Positions 24,600-36,574 of a DNA stretch of 64,000 nt are shown piece after piece. A program made the translations under genes and the position numbers. Under the pieces are notes generated by a model. The model saw only the letters and a program-made list of their open reading frames with translations. It did not search any database and was not told the origin of the DNA. The stretch lies in the NCBI RefSeq assembly GCF_030144855.1, contig NC_082709.1, positions 25,048,001-25,112,000 on the forward strand. The letters run 5' to 3'. How positions within the stretch are numbered: position 1 is the first letter of the stretch; each line of letters begins with the position of its first letter. This stretch comes from Hypanus sabinus (lineage: Eukaryota).

Positions 24600-27500
24600 A
24601 GTGGGTTGCCACATAACCGCCCCCCAAAACCGGCGATACACCCCCCCAATGTCCACAGTCCGGGCCGGACCCGGTTTGGGAGGTCGGCCTCTGCGCCGCG
24701 GTGCCAGAAACTCGACCGGTTGCGCCAGGTCCACATGGGCCATTTTGAGTCAGTCCACCATGAAAACCTCCTCTCTCCCCCCAACGTCCAGCACGAACGT
24801 AGACCTGTTGTTCCTGAGCACCGTAAACGGCCCCTCGTAGGGCCGTTGCAGCAGTGGCCAATGCCCGCCCCTTCGTACAAACACAAACTTACAGTTCTGC
24901 AGGTCTTTGGGTACGCAGGTTGGGCTCTGCCCATGCTGCGAAGTGGGTATGGGGGCCAGGTCACCGAGCCTCTCGCGTAGTCTGCCCAGGACTGCTGCGG
25001 GTTCTTCCTCTTGCCCCCTTGGGGCTGGTATGAACTCCTCGGGGACGACCAGGGGTGTGCCGTACACCAACTCGGCCGATGAGGCGTGCAGATCATCTTT
25101 GGGCACCATGCGGATGCCGAGTAGGACCCAGGGAAGCTCGTCCGCCCAGTTAGCTCCTCGCAGGCGGGCCATGAGCCGACTTTAGGTGACAGTGGAAACG
25201 CTCCAATAGTCCGTTCGACTGTGGGTGGTAGGCAGTGATGTGGTGCAGCTGAGTCCCCAAAAGGCTGGCCATAGCTGACCACAGGCTGGAGGTGAACTGG
25301 GCACCTCTGTCGGAGGTAATGTGGGTCGGTACACCAAAGCAGGACACCCAGGTGGCGATCAGTGCCGGGACGCAAGATTCGGAGGTGGTGTCGGTGAGCG
25401 GATCCCCTCCAGCCATCTTGTGAACCGGTCCACGATAGTAAGGAGGTGCCGTGCTCCTCGTGACACTGCCACGATATCCACGTGAATGTGGTCGAAACGC
25501 CGGTGGGTGGGGTGGAACTGCTGCGGCAGAACTTTGGTGTGCCGCTGCACCTTGGCCGTCTGGCAGTGCATGCGCGTTCTGGCCCATTCATTGACCTGCT
25601 TGCGGAGTCCGTGCCAAACAAACCTGCTGGAGACCATCCGGACGGTTGTGCCAAGTTATGAATGGAGTCGAAAATGTGTCGCCGCCAAGGTGCTGGGACG
25701 ACGGGACGGGGCTGGCCGGTGGCGACGTCACAGAGTAGGGTCCTCTCACCTGGGCCTGCGGGGAGGTCCTGGAGCTGCAAACCGGAGACTGCGGTTCTGT
25801 AACTCGGGATCTCCTCGTCTGCCTGCTGCGCCTCTGCCAGTGCCTCAAAGTCTAGCCCTTGGGAAAGGGCATGAATGTTAGGGCGAGAGAGCACGACCGC
25901 CACGACATTGTCCTTACCTGAGACGTGCCAGACATCTGTCGTGTATTCAGAGATGTAGGACAGATGGCGCTGCTGGCGGGACGACTAGGGATCGAACACC
26001 TTCGTGAACGTAAAGGTAAGCGGTTTGTGGTCCGTGAACATGGTGAAGGACCTACCTTCTAAGAAGTACCTGAAATGCCGGATTGCCAGGTATAGCGCCA
26101 ACGGTTCCCGGTCGAAAGCACTGTATTTGAGCTCGGGTGGCCGCAGGTGTTTGCTGAAAAACGCCAGGGGTTGCCAGCGACCCGTGATGAGCTGCTCCAG
26201 TACCCCACCGACTGCCATGTTAGATGCGTCCACTGTGAGGGCGGTAGGGATGTCCATTCTGGGGTGCACTAGCATCGCAGCGTTTGCCAAGGCTTCCTTC
26301 ATTTGAATGAAAACGGCGGCGGACTCCTCATCCCAGGTAATGTCCTTGCTCGGACCCAACAGCAGGGCGAACGGGGCGCATGATTCGGGCAGCTGAAGGG
26401 AGGAAGCGGTGGTAGAAATTGACCATACCTACGAATTCCTGAAGGCCTTTGATCGTGGTGGGTCTGGGGAAATGGCGGACTGCATCTACCTTAGCAGGCA
26501 GAGGGGTTGCCCCGTCTTTAGTGATCCTGTGGCCCAGGAGGTCAATGGTGTCGAGCCCGAACTGGCATTTGGCCGGGTTGATTGTTAGACCGTATTCACT
26601 CAGTCGGGCATAGAGTTGACGGAGGTGGGACAGATGCTCCTGACGACTGCTGCTGGCTATGAGGATGTCGTCCAAATAGATGAATGCGAAGTCCAGGTCG
26701 CGTCCCACTGCGTCCATTAACCGCTGGAACGTCTGTGCGGCATTCTTCAGGCTGAACGGCATGCGGAGGAACTCGAAAAGGCCTAACGGGGTGATGAGAG
26801 CCGTTTTGGGGACATTGTCCGGATGCTTCGGGATTTGATGGTATCCTCGGACGAGGTCTACCTTGGAGAAGATCCGTGCGCCGTGCAGGTTTGCTGCAAA
26901 GTCCTGAATGTGCGGCACAGGGTAGCGGTCCGGTGTGTTAGCCTCGTTCAGCCTGCGGTAGTCGCCGCACGGTCTCCAGCCCCCTGTCGCTTTGGGCACC
27001 ATGTGCAGGGGGGAGGCCCATGGGCTGTCGAACCGCCAGATGATCCCCAATTCCTCCATCCTCTTGAACTCCTCCTTCGCCAGTCGGAGCTTGTCCGGGG
27101 GAAGCCGCCGAACACGGGCATGGAGGGGTGGTCCCTGGGTTGGGATGTGGTGCTGTATGCCGTGTCAGGGCATGGCCGCTGTGAACTGCGGTGCCAGAAC
27201 CGATGGGAAATCCGCCAGGACCCTGGTGAAGTCGTTGTCGGACAGCGTGATGGAGCCAAGGTGTGGGGCTAGCAACTGGCCTGCACTAAGGGAGAACATC
27301 TGAAAGGTTTCAGCGTGGACCAGTCTCTTCCTGGGCAGGTTGACCAGTAGGCTGTGAGCCCGCAAAAAATCCGCACCCAGAAGCGGTTGGGCTACGGCGA
27401 CCAGTGTGAAGTCCCACGTGTACAGGCTGGAGCCGAACTGTAGCTGCACCATACGAGTACTATAGGTCCTTACTGTGCTGCCATTCACGGCCCTCAGGGG

Positions 27501-27665
27501 GGAACCCGGTGCCCTGTTGCGGGTGTCGTAACTCGCCAGAGGTAAGACGCTGATCTCGGCACCGGTGTTGACCAGAAAACGGCGTCCCGACCGCTGGTCC
27601 CACACATACAGGAGGCTATCCCGATGGCCAGCCGCCGTAGCCATCAGTGGCGGCTGGCCCTGGCG
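24600..27665 (-). pseudogene. pol: Gypsy pol (protease, RT, RNase H, integrase with GPF motif), frameshifted
   Basis: FLVNTGAEIS (D-to-N at the protease site), WRPCGDYRRLN, YLDDILI, LTVDASN, ITSDRG, YHPQSNGLLERFH, PYEGPF. Confidence 0.92.
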
Positions 27666-27671
27666 TTTCCC
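27614..27671 (-). promoter_or_regulatory. -1 programmed ribosomal frameshift signal (G GGA AAC plus stem/pseudoknot)
   Basis: Heptamer in the gag frame, pol in the -1 frame, 5-nt spacer, perfect 11-bp stem. Confidence 0.8.
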
Positions 27672-28349
27672 GGGAACTGGCAGGGCGGGCGACAACGGCG
27701 GGCTTCTGCGCCCCACCGTTGGTGGTAGAAACACCAGTGTTCGTTGGGCTCCCCACCCCTGCCTCTGGGGTTAGCGGGCTCTGCGGCCGGGCCCGGACTG
27801 GTTTGCTGCTGGGAGCGTGGCCTGGTGATCTGTGCGATGGACGCCCCACTCACCTTCTTGGCATTCCACAGCAAGTCCGCCCGGGCTGCCACCTTCTGGG
27901 GGTCACTGAAATCCGCGTCAGACAGCAGCAGGCGTATGTCCTCGGGCAGCTGCTCCAGGAATGCCTGCTCAAACATGAGGCAGGGTGTGTGTCCGCCGGC
28001 CAGAGACAACATCTCATTCATTAAAGCCGATGGAGGTCTGTCTCCCAAGCCATCCAAGTGCAGTAAACGGGCAGCCCGCTCGCGCCGTGAGAGTCCAAAA
28101 GTCCTTAGGAGCAGGGCTTTGAATTCCGTGTACTTGCCGTCCGCTGGGGGAGACTGTACGAACTCCGCAACCTGGGCCGCTGTGTCCTGGTCGAGGGAGC
28201 TCACCACGTAGTAGTAACGTGTGTCCTCTTGAGGTTATCTGCCGAACGTGGAATTGGGCTTCTGCTTGCTGGAACCATAGGTGAGGTCACAGCGTCCAGA
28301 AGCTTGGCAGTTTCAACGAAACCGCATGAACAGATGTGGCGTCGGTCAT
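27644..28349 (-). pseudogene. gag: Gypsy gag with CHCC knuckle
   Basis: ATG at 28349: MTDATSVHAVSLKLPSFWTL*PHLWFQQAEAQF; C-terminal CFYHQRWGAEARRCRPPC; one stop and one frameshift. Confidence 0.88.
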
Positions 28350-28373
28350 CTCCAGTCCAAAAATCGTTTGGAC

Positions 28374-28388
28374 CATCGGGGTCATCAA
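28374..28388 (-). promoter_or_regulatory. Primer-binding site, tRNA-Trp type (decayed)
   Basis: tGaTGACCCCGAtg next to the 5' LTR, compared with TGGTGACCCCGACG (complement of the tRNA-Trp 3' end). Confidence 0.7.
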
Positions 28389-30559
28389 TTGTAGCGGTGT
28401 GCTACACGCAGCGCTAAAATAATGACACTGAGTCGGTAAACTACAATTAAAGAAGATTTTATTCGAACTTCACAGCCTTGCTTTAAAGCCTCCCTCATCC
28501 CGCCCTCCCCGGGCGCGGATGCTGTAAGGGACATGTACTCACAAACCCCTGCAGGCTTTTTCCCTTTGTTGCGGACCTGGCCTTTGTGTCGGCGCGCTGG
28601 CTATTTGTGAGCCGGTTCGAGTGCGCTAGGAAGTGGGTCGCCACAAGCTCATGAATTAAAGGCATGGGTGGAGCATTAGCTGATGGCAGAAAGCAGAGAG
28701 TGGGAATAAAAGGATCCTATTCTGGCTGCCTGCCTGTTACCAGTGGAGTTCACAGGGGTTGGTGTTGGGACCACTGCTTTTTACAATGCATGTCAATGAT
28801 TAGGTCTATGGGATTAATGGATTTGTGGCTAAATTTGCCAATGATGCAAAGATAGGTGGAGGAGCGGGTAGTGTTGAGGAAATAGAGGGCCTGCAGAGAA
28901 ACTTAATTTAGGGGAATGGGCAAAGAAGTGGCAAATGAAATAAAATGTTGGAAAGTGTATGGTCATGCACTTTGGTGGAAGAAATAAATGGGAAGACTAT
29001 TATTTGGATGGAGAGAGAATTCAAAATGCAGAGATACAATGGGACTTGGGAGTCCTGGTGCAGAATACCCTAATCTTTAACCTCCAAGTTGAGTCGGTGG
29101 TGAAGAAGGTGAATGCAATGTTGGCATTAATTTCTAGAGGTATAGAATATAAGAGCAAGGATGTGATGTTGAGACTCCATAAGGCACTTATGAGACCACA
29201 CTTGGAGTATTGTGTGCAGTTTTGGGCTCCTTATTTTAGAAAGGATACACTGACATTGGAGAGGGTTCAGAGAAGATTCACGAGAATAATTACAGGAGTG
29301 AAAGGGTTACCATAAGAGGAACGCCTGGCAGTTTTTGGGCTGTATTCCATTGAGTTCAGAAAAATGATGGGGGATTTCATAGAAACATTCCAAATGTTAA
29401 AAGGCCTGAACAGATTAGATATGCCAAAGTTATTTCCCATGGTATGGGAGTCTAGGACAAGAGGGCACAACTTCAGGATTGAAGGACATCCATTTAGAAC
29501 AGAGATGTGGAGAAATTACTTTAGTCAATGGGTGGTAAATCTGTGGAATTTGTTGTCACAAATGGCTGTGGAGCCTAAGTCATTGGTGCATCTAAGGCAG
29601 AGATAGATAGGTTCTTGATTAGCCAGGGCATCAAAGGGTATGGGGAGAAGGCAGGGGAATGGGGATGATTGGAAGAATTGGATTAGCCATGATTGAATGG
29701 CGGAGCAGACTAGGTGGGCTGAATGGCCTACTTCTGCTCCTATGTCTCGTGGTCTTATGGTCTTATAAACAAAAGGATAACATCATCTCCAATTTTTTGT
29801 TATGGTAGATATTGTGGGTAGAATAAATGAGTCTGGACTCATGCATGCAACTGTTTACTGATTGTACAGTGTTAAGAATATTTGACAACAAAGAAGTTAA
29901 AATCGCTTTTACTTACATTATAGCTAGAAAATTCTCTGGACATTTTAATAGAAATAAGAATAAAAAATAAGTGAAGGTATTATTATATATGACTATTTTC
30001 ATATTTAAATATTTCATTTGTTTTTGTCAGAATAGTTCTACCATCCTTGAGCTTGGGTTATGTTTGGGTCACTGCCTTTACTAATTGAATAGCTAGCACC
30101 AAATTATTTTTTACAGTAATCAATTATATCTTTATTATTTTTAAAGTATTAATAGTAGCAATAAGTAACTTGAATTTTGCAATTCAACCATATATTTGTC
30201 AAGGAAATTATAGTACTGTGAAAGTTAAAATCCCACACTAAACAGTGTACTTTTTCCTCCAGTAATATTCCGATGATTTGTAGATGAAAATAATAGTTCT
30301 GGGACAGGTTTGGTGAACTTTTACTGAAAATATTTGAACACTGCTCTAATACTATCGGCTTTGAAAATTCCCTTGTGACATTGACTTCATGTTTCCATTG
30401 TACCATAACTCTTATATTGCAACAGAATTTGGAAAACTAACAGGTGTTAGTTCTTCAGTCAATGATTGAACCTTTTTTAGTTTTGATAATGATATACTTT
30501 TGGTGCTAAGATGCAAATAATTTCTTTGAGCATTTTATTTCCTAATTTTTGAAAGAGAT

Positions 30560-31570
30560 GAGAATATAGAATAGTGCAGCCATGGAATAAGCCATTTAGC
30601 CTATCAAGTGTGTACCAAGCATGATGCCAAATTAAACAAATCCCTTCTGCCTGCACATGATCCACATACCAACCTTCCCTGCATATTTCTGTGCCTATCT
30701 ATAAGTGTCTTGAATGCTACTATTATAGCCACTTTCACCACCACTCCTGGCAATGTGTTACAGGCACTTACCACTCTCTGAAATGGCTAGCACGAGAGGG
30801 CATAGTTTTAAGGTGCTTGAAAGAAAGTACAGAAGAGATGTTAGGGTAAGTTTTTTTACGCAGAGAGTGGTGAATGTACGGAATGGGCTGCTGGTGGTGG
30901 TGGTGGAGGCGGAAGTGAAAGGGTCTTTTAAGAGATTCCTGGATAGGTACATGGAGCTTAGAAAAATGGAGGGCCTTGGGTAAGCCTAGTTAGTTCTAAG
31001 GTAAGGATATGTTCGGCACAGCTTTGTGGGCCGAAGGGCCTGTAATGAGCTGTAGGTTTTCTATGTTTCTCTGTGGGGGGTGGGGAACACCCCCTACACA
31101 TCACCATCAAACTTACCCTCTCTCATATTAAAACTATGCCCTTTAGTCTTGGACATTTCTACCCTAGTGAAAGAAAAAGACTCTATGTAACCTATCTGTG
31201 CCTCTCACAATATTATAAACTTCTATCAGGTCTTCCCTCAGTCACTGACACTTAAGGGAAAACAGTTGAAGTTTGTCCAACCTCTCCTTCCAGATAATGC
31301 CCTCTGATTTAAGCCGCCACCTGTAAATCTCTCTTGAAACTTCTGCAAAGCTTCCACATCCCTCCTGTAATGGTGTGACCATAACTCCATACAGTACTCC
31401 AGCTGTGGTCCATACAGCTGCAGCATGATTTCCTGACTCTAAAACTTCATCTAAAGCATTGAAAGCAGGTATGCCATGTGCCTTCTTTACACTTTATCTA
31501 CTTGCTTGGCCACTTTCTTGGACCACAAGATCCTTCTGTACGTTAATGCTCTTAAGAGTCCTACCATTAA
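30560..31570. mobile_element. CR1 minus-strand fragment with a plus-strand CR1 3' end (about 30778-31070) nested inside
   Basis: PQLEYCMELWSHHY on minus; TRGHSFKVL..FFTQRVVNV on plus with ttctatgtttct tail. Confidence 0.8.
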
Positions 31571-31599
31571 ATGTAACACCTCACACATACCAGAATTAA

Positions 31600-31702
31600 T
31601 CAGAATTTGTCCTGACGAAGAGTCTCGGCCCGAAATGTCGACAGTGCTTCTCCTTATAGATGCTGCCTGGCCTGCTGTGTTCCACCAGCATTTTGTGTGT
31701 GT
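31600..31702 (+). mobile_element. 103-bp PLE-derived insertion consisting of a hammerhead motif and tail
   Basis: 12-bp TSD TACCAGAATTAA; CTGACGA...GAAA..GTC core. Confidence 0.85.
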
Positions 31703-32799
31703 TACCAGAATTAAACTCCAATTTTTTGTTCGATATAAGTCAATAAAGCATGTTTTTTATTTAAATGTGCAATACTTGAAACTGATGTCATAAATAAATC
31801 TCTATTTTAATTAAAAATAGTATAGTTGCATCTGTTAACAAGATAGCTGTACTTACTTATGAATCTTCTGTATTTTTTTTTCACTTGAAATACAAATCAA
31901 CTTGGATTTATGCAGATTGGGATTCATCAACAGCAGATAGTAGGAAATGTGTTTTGTGCTCTGCTTTTTGTGAATATTCAACAAAAAAGAATAATTTGTT
32001 ACTTTCTCATATTAAGTTAGTTGAGTAAGTCTAATAACTGAAAGTGTCCAGGTTCAAATTGTTGATCAAATTATTTATAAATGTATTGTTGAAATATTCC
32101 CTCTGAATTAAACATAGTTCCTTCAACTACTATGTAATTTGACTTTCACTGGAAATTTATTCACAAAAAACACTGCAGTGTTCTGCAGTGTTTAAATGAG
32201 AAAGAGAAGAACTTTAAGAATATCTCATTGCAGGGGACTATGAAAATGTTGGTAATCATTTCCAAATGGAAGCAAAATTGTGCCAAAATCCACACTGGAC
32301 ATATTTGTTTAAAAATTGTAGAAGTATCTTAAGAACAGAACGCAAAATGAAATAGAATTGAAAGGTAAGTATCAGAAGTGCCTGGATTGGGTAAATAAAT
32401 AATGTTCATCTTATCACATATATAGAATGCTTCAATGTTTTTCACACCTGAAGCATGATCACTGTTAATACATGAAAATGTTAAACCAATTTACTGCCAG
32501 AAATGATTTGAATGATCAGCTAATCTGATCTTTTAGTGTCGTCTGAAGAGGGGATGATTGACCCAGTCCTGTTACATCTGTGCACGAATGGTGACAGCAA
32601 AATCGATAAGCCAGTGAGAGGAACAGACCCCCAAGAATGTGCTCACTTTCAAACATTACTAGGGTTCTAGTTGGAGAGTCAAGGATAAGGTTCCATCTTT
32701 AGGCAAAATTGCTGAGTGAATGATTCATATGAGCTTACTCATGAGCCTGTCATGATCACAAAAGCAAGGCTTCAGCCGATTTGATTCACTCTTCGTGAT

Positions 32800-33370
32800 A
32801 TCAAGAGATAGCTAGGAGCACAGACAATGTGACCAGTCAACATCCTGGACTGAAGATGTGTCCTCCAAAAATAGACATGCCTCCAGCTAAGCTGTTCTGG
32901 AACACTCACATCACTGTCATACCGATTTAACCAGATATAGTCCTATCTATTAAAGGTAGGACAAATCCCATCTGACAAAATTATGCACTATTAGTCAATG
33001 CCCAACATCAGTGAAGTAATGGGAGATGTTGTCAATAGTATTATCAAGCAACACTTACTTATTCACAATCTGTTCAATACACAATATGAGTTTTGCTAGA
33101 ACCACTCAACTCCCAGACTTCTTCATGTACTTGGGCCACACATGGACCAAGGACCTGAGTTTCTGAGGTGAGGTGAGAGTGACTATACTTGACATTTAAC
33201 TGAGTGTGCAGCTTGGAGCTCTAATAAAATTCAAAATCAAAAGGCATCAATGAGAAAAGAATCCCAAGGGGTCTTACTTTTATCTTGAAAGATTATTGTG
33301 GGTTCCTATCATCTCATTTTCCAAAATGATAGTGTAGACTCTAGACTCAAGCATCATCAGTTGCTCTTAA
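32800..33370 (+). mobile_element. Old LINE fragment of the same family as 40-1010; remnants continue after 36295
   Basis: TWTKDLSF*GEVRVTILDI motif; aagctgttc shared with 595-605. Confidence 0.5.
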
Positions 33371-34249
33371 GTACACCTGTAAAACACACAAAATGCTGGT
33401 GGAATGCAGCAGGCCAGGCAGCATCTATAGGGAGAAGCACTGTCGACGTTACAGTCGAGACCCTTCGTCAGGACTAACCGAAAGGAAAGATAGCAAGAGA
33501 TTTGAAAGTAGGAGGGGGAGGGGAAATTGTGAAATGATAGGAGAAGGCCGGAGGTGGTGGGGTGAAGCTGAGAGCTAGAAAGGTGATTGGCAAAAGGGAT
33601 ACAGAGCTAGAGAAGGGAAAGGATCATGGGACGGGAGGCCTAGGGAGAAAGAAAGGGGGAGGGGAGCACCAGAGGGAGATGGAGAACAGGTAGAGTGATG
33701 GGCTAAGAAAGAGGAAAAAAAAAGGAGGAGGGGGAAAAAAACTAAATATATCAGGGATGGGGTAAGAAGGGGAGGAGGGGCATTAACGGAAGTTAGAGAA
33801 GTCAGTGTTCATGCCGTCAGGTTGGAGGCTATCCAGCTGGTATATAAGGTGTTGTTCCTCCAACCTGAGTGTGGCTTCATCTTGATAGTAGAGGAGGCCA
33901 TGGATAGACATATTGGAATGGGGATGGGACGTGGAATTAAAATGTGTGGCCACTGGGAGATCCTGCTTTCTCTGGCGGACAGAGCGTAGATGTTCAGCAA
34001 AACTGTCTCCCAGTCTGCGTCAGGTCTCACCGATATATAAAAGGCCACACCGGGAGCACTGGACACAGTATACCACACCAGCCGACTCACAGGTGAAGTG
34101 TTGCTTCACCTGGAAGGACTGTCTGGGGCCCTGAATGGTGGTGAGGGGGGAAGTGTAAGGGCAGGTGTAGCACTTGTTCCGCTTACAAGCGGTGCCAGGA
34201 AGGAAATCAGAGGGGATCTCCCATCCACTGCCACCAACCTCATAGTTCT

Positions 34250-35879
34250 GGGGATCTCCCATCCACTGCCATCAACCTCATAGTTCCCACACCCCGCACT
34301 TCCTGTTTCTATCTCCCACCCAAGATTCACAAACCTGCCTGTCCAGGTAGACCTATTGTCTCCACTTGCTCCTGCCCCACTGAACTCATTTCTGCATACC
34401 TTGACACAGTTTTATCCCCCCTTGTTCAATCCCTTCCCACCTATGTTCGTGACACTTCTCATGCTTTGAATTTTTTCAATGATTTTAAGTTCCCTGGCCC
34501 CCACCACCTTATTTTCACCATGGACGTCCAGTCCCTATATACCGCCATCCCCCACCAGGAAGATCTCAAAGCTCTCTGCTTCTTTTTGGATTCCAGACCT
34601 AACCAATTCCTCACTACCACCACTCTCCTCCGTCTAGCGGAATTAGTTCGTACTCTCAATAATTTCTCCTTTGACTCCTTCCACTTCCTCCAAACCAAAG
34701 GTGTAGCCATGGGCATCCGCATCAGTCCCAGTTATGCCTGCCTTTTTGTTGGCTTTGTGGAACAGTCCATATTCCAAGCCTATACCAGTATCCATCCCCC
34801 TCTTTTCCTTCGCTACATCGACAACTGCATTGGTGCTGCCTCCTGCATGCATGCTGAGCTTGTTGACTTCATTAACTTTGCCTCCAACTTTCACCCTGCC
34901 CTCAAATTTACCTGGTCCACTTCTGACACCTCCCTCTCCTTTCTTGATCTTTCTGTCTTCATCTTTGGAGACGGCTTATCTACTGATATCTACTATAAGC
35001 CTACAGACTCTCACAGCTACCGGGACTATTCCTCTTCCCACCCTGTCTCTTGCAAAAATGCTATCCCCTTCTCGCAATTCCTCTGTCTCCGCCGCATCTG
35101 CTCTCAGGATGAGGCTTTTCATTCCAGGACGAAGGAGATGTGTTCCTTTTTTAAACAAAGGGGCTTCCCTTCTTCCACCATCAACTCTGCTCTCAAACGC
35201 ATCTCTCCCACTTCCCACACATCTGCCCTCACCCCATCTGCCCACCACCCCACTCGGGATAGGGTTCCTCTTGTCCTCACCTAGCACCCCACCAGCCTCC
35301 AGGTCCAACGTATAATTCTCCGTAACTTGCGCCACCTCCAATGGGATCCCGCTACCAAGCACATCTTTCCCTCCCTCCCCCTTCTGCTTTCCGCAGGGAT
35401 CGCTGCCAACGCGACTCCCTTGTCCATTCGTCCCCCCATCCCTTCCCATTGATCTCCCTCCTGGCACTTACCCTTGTAAGCGGAACAAGTGCTACACCTG
35501 GCCTTACACTTCCCCCCTCACCACCATTCAGGGCCCCAGACAGTCCTTCCAGGTGAGGTGACACTTCACCTGTGAGTCGGCTGGTGTGGTATACTGCATC
35601 TGGTGCTCCCAGTGTGGCCTTTTATATATTGGTGAGACCCAATGCAGACTGGGAGACAGTTTTGCTGAACACCTACGCTCTGTCCGCCAGAGAAAGCAGG
35701 ATCTCCCAGTGGCCATACATTTTAATTCCACGTCCCATTCCCATTCTGATATGTCTATCCATGGCCTCCTCTACTATCAAGATGAAGCCACACTCAGGTT
35801 GGAGGAACAACACCTTATATACTGGCTGGGTAGCCTCCAACCTGATGGCATGAACATTGACTTCTCTAATTTCCGTTAA
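34250..35879 (+). pseudogene. PLE reverse transcriptase and GIY-YIG endonuclease
   Basis: FTMDVQSLYT, QTKGVAMG, LRYIDN, LSFLDL, IYYKPTD; VYCIWCSQCGLLYIGET; premature stop at 35282-35284. Confidence 0.9.
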
Positions 35880-36148
35880 TGCCCCTCCCCTTCTTACCCC
35901 ATCCCTGGTATATTTAGTTTTTTTCTCTCTCTCTGCCTGTTCTCCATCTCTCTCTGGTGCTCCCCTCCCCCTTTCTTTCTCCCTAGGCCTCCCGTCCCAT
36001 GATCCTTTCCCTTCTCCAGCTCTGTATCCCTTTTGCCAATCACCTTTCTGGCTCACAGCTTCACCCCACCCCCTCCGGCCTTCTCCTATTATTTTGCATT
36101 TTCCCCTCACCCCCACTTTCAAATCTCTTGCTGTCTTTCCTTTCAGTT

Positions 36149-36184
36149 AGTCCTGATGAAGGGTCTCGGCCCGAAATGTCGACA
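36149..36184 (+). ncRNA. Minimal type I hammerhead ribozyme motif in the PLE pseudo-LTR
   Basis: gtc-CTGATGA-a-GGGT(ctcg)GCCC-GAAA-t-GTC-gac: stem I, core, stem II and cleavage triplet. Confidence 0.7.
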
Positions 36185-36574
36185 GTGCTTCTCCCTATAG
36201 ATGCTGCCTGGCCTGCTGCGTTCCACCAGCATTTTGTGTGTGTTGCATGAATTTCCAGCATCTGCAGATTTCCTCGTGTTTACACCTGTAAAACCATGGT
36301 TAAACGTGGAATGTCAATGGACTTCTTATTTTCAGCTTCCTAGAAAATGAAGCTCATGCAATCTCCAATAACAGAAACTCAAACACATATGCTTGGTTTC
36401 ACCATCTCTCTTTTCTACGATAAACGTGCTGGAGGGGCCCATAGAGGACCTGCCACGTAAGCACCATAAGCTACAAACTAGGTCAAAATTTGAGTATTCT
36501 ATGATAAGGGGCTCAGTTCCTGATGCCCTTCAACCTTGTCCAGCATGCACAAGGCACAAATCAAAAGTGTAAAT

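Larger units (their letters stand above)
24358..28645 (-). mobile_element. Full-length Ty3/Gypsy LTR retrotransposon, CsRn1-like lineage (4288 bp, inactivated)
   Basis: 256-bp LTRs (24358-24613, 28390-28645), TSD AGCT, PBS, PPT (ggggggcggtta), gag then PR-RT-RNaseH-IN order. Confidence 0.95.
24200..29765 (+). mobile_element. CR1 LINE (5'-truncated), split by the Gypsy insertion
   Basis: KGKSCLTNLLQFFEE...LLSKIRA before the insertion, resuming after 28645; RPHLEYCVQFWAP; tail ggtcttatggtcttat. Confidence 0.9.
33386..36280 (+). mobile_element. Penelope-like element: inverted pseudo-LTR arm (33386-about 34215), 5'-truncated RT and GIY-YIG ORF, 3' pseudo-LTR
   Basis: 14-bp TSD TACACCTGTAAAAC (33372-33385, 36281-36294); the arms are reverse complements. 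Confidence 0.92.

Noticed and set aside
24569-25903. 444-aa minus-strand ORF as a novel protein
   Set aside because: It starts in the pol frame, then runs out of frame through GC-rich integrase DNA after a frameshift
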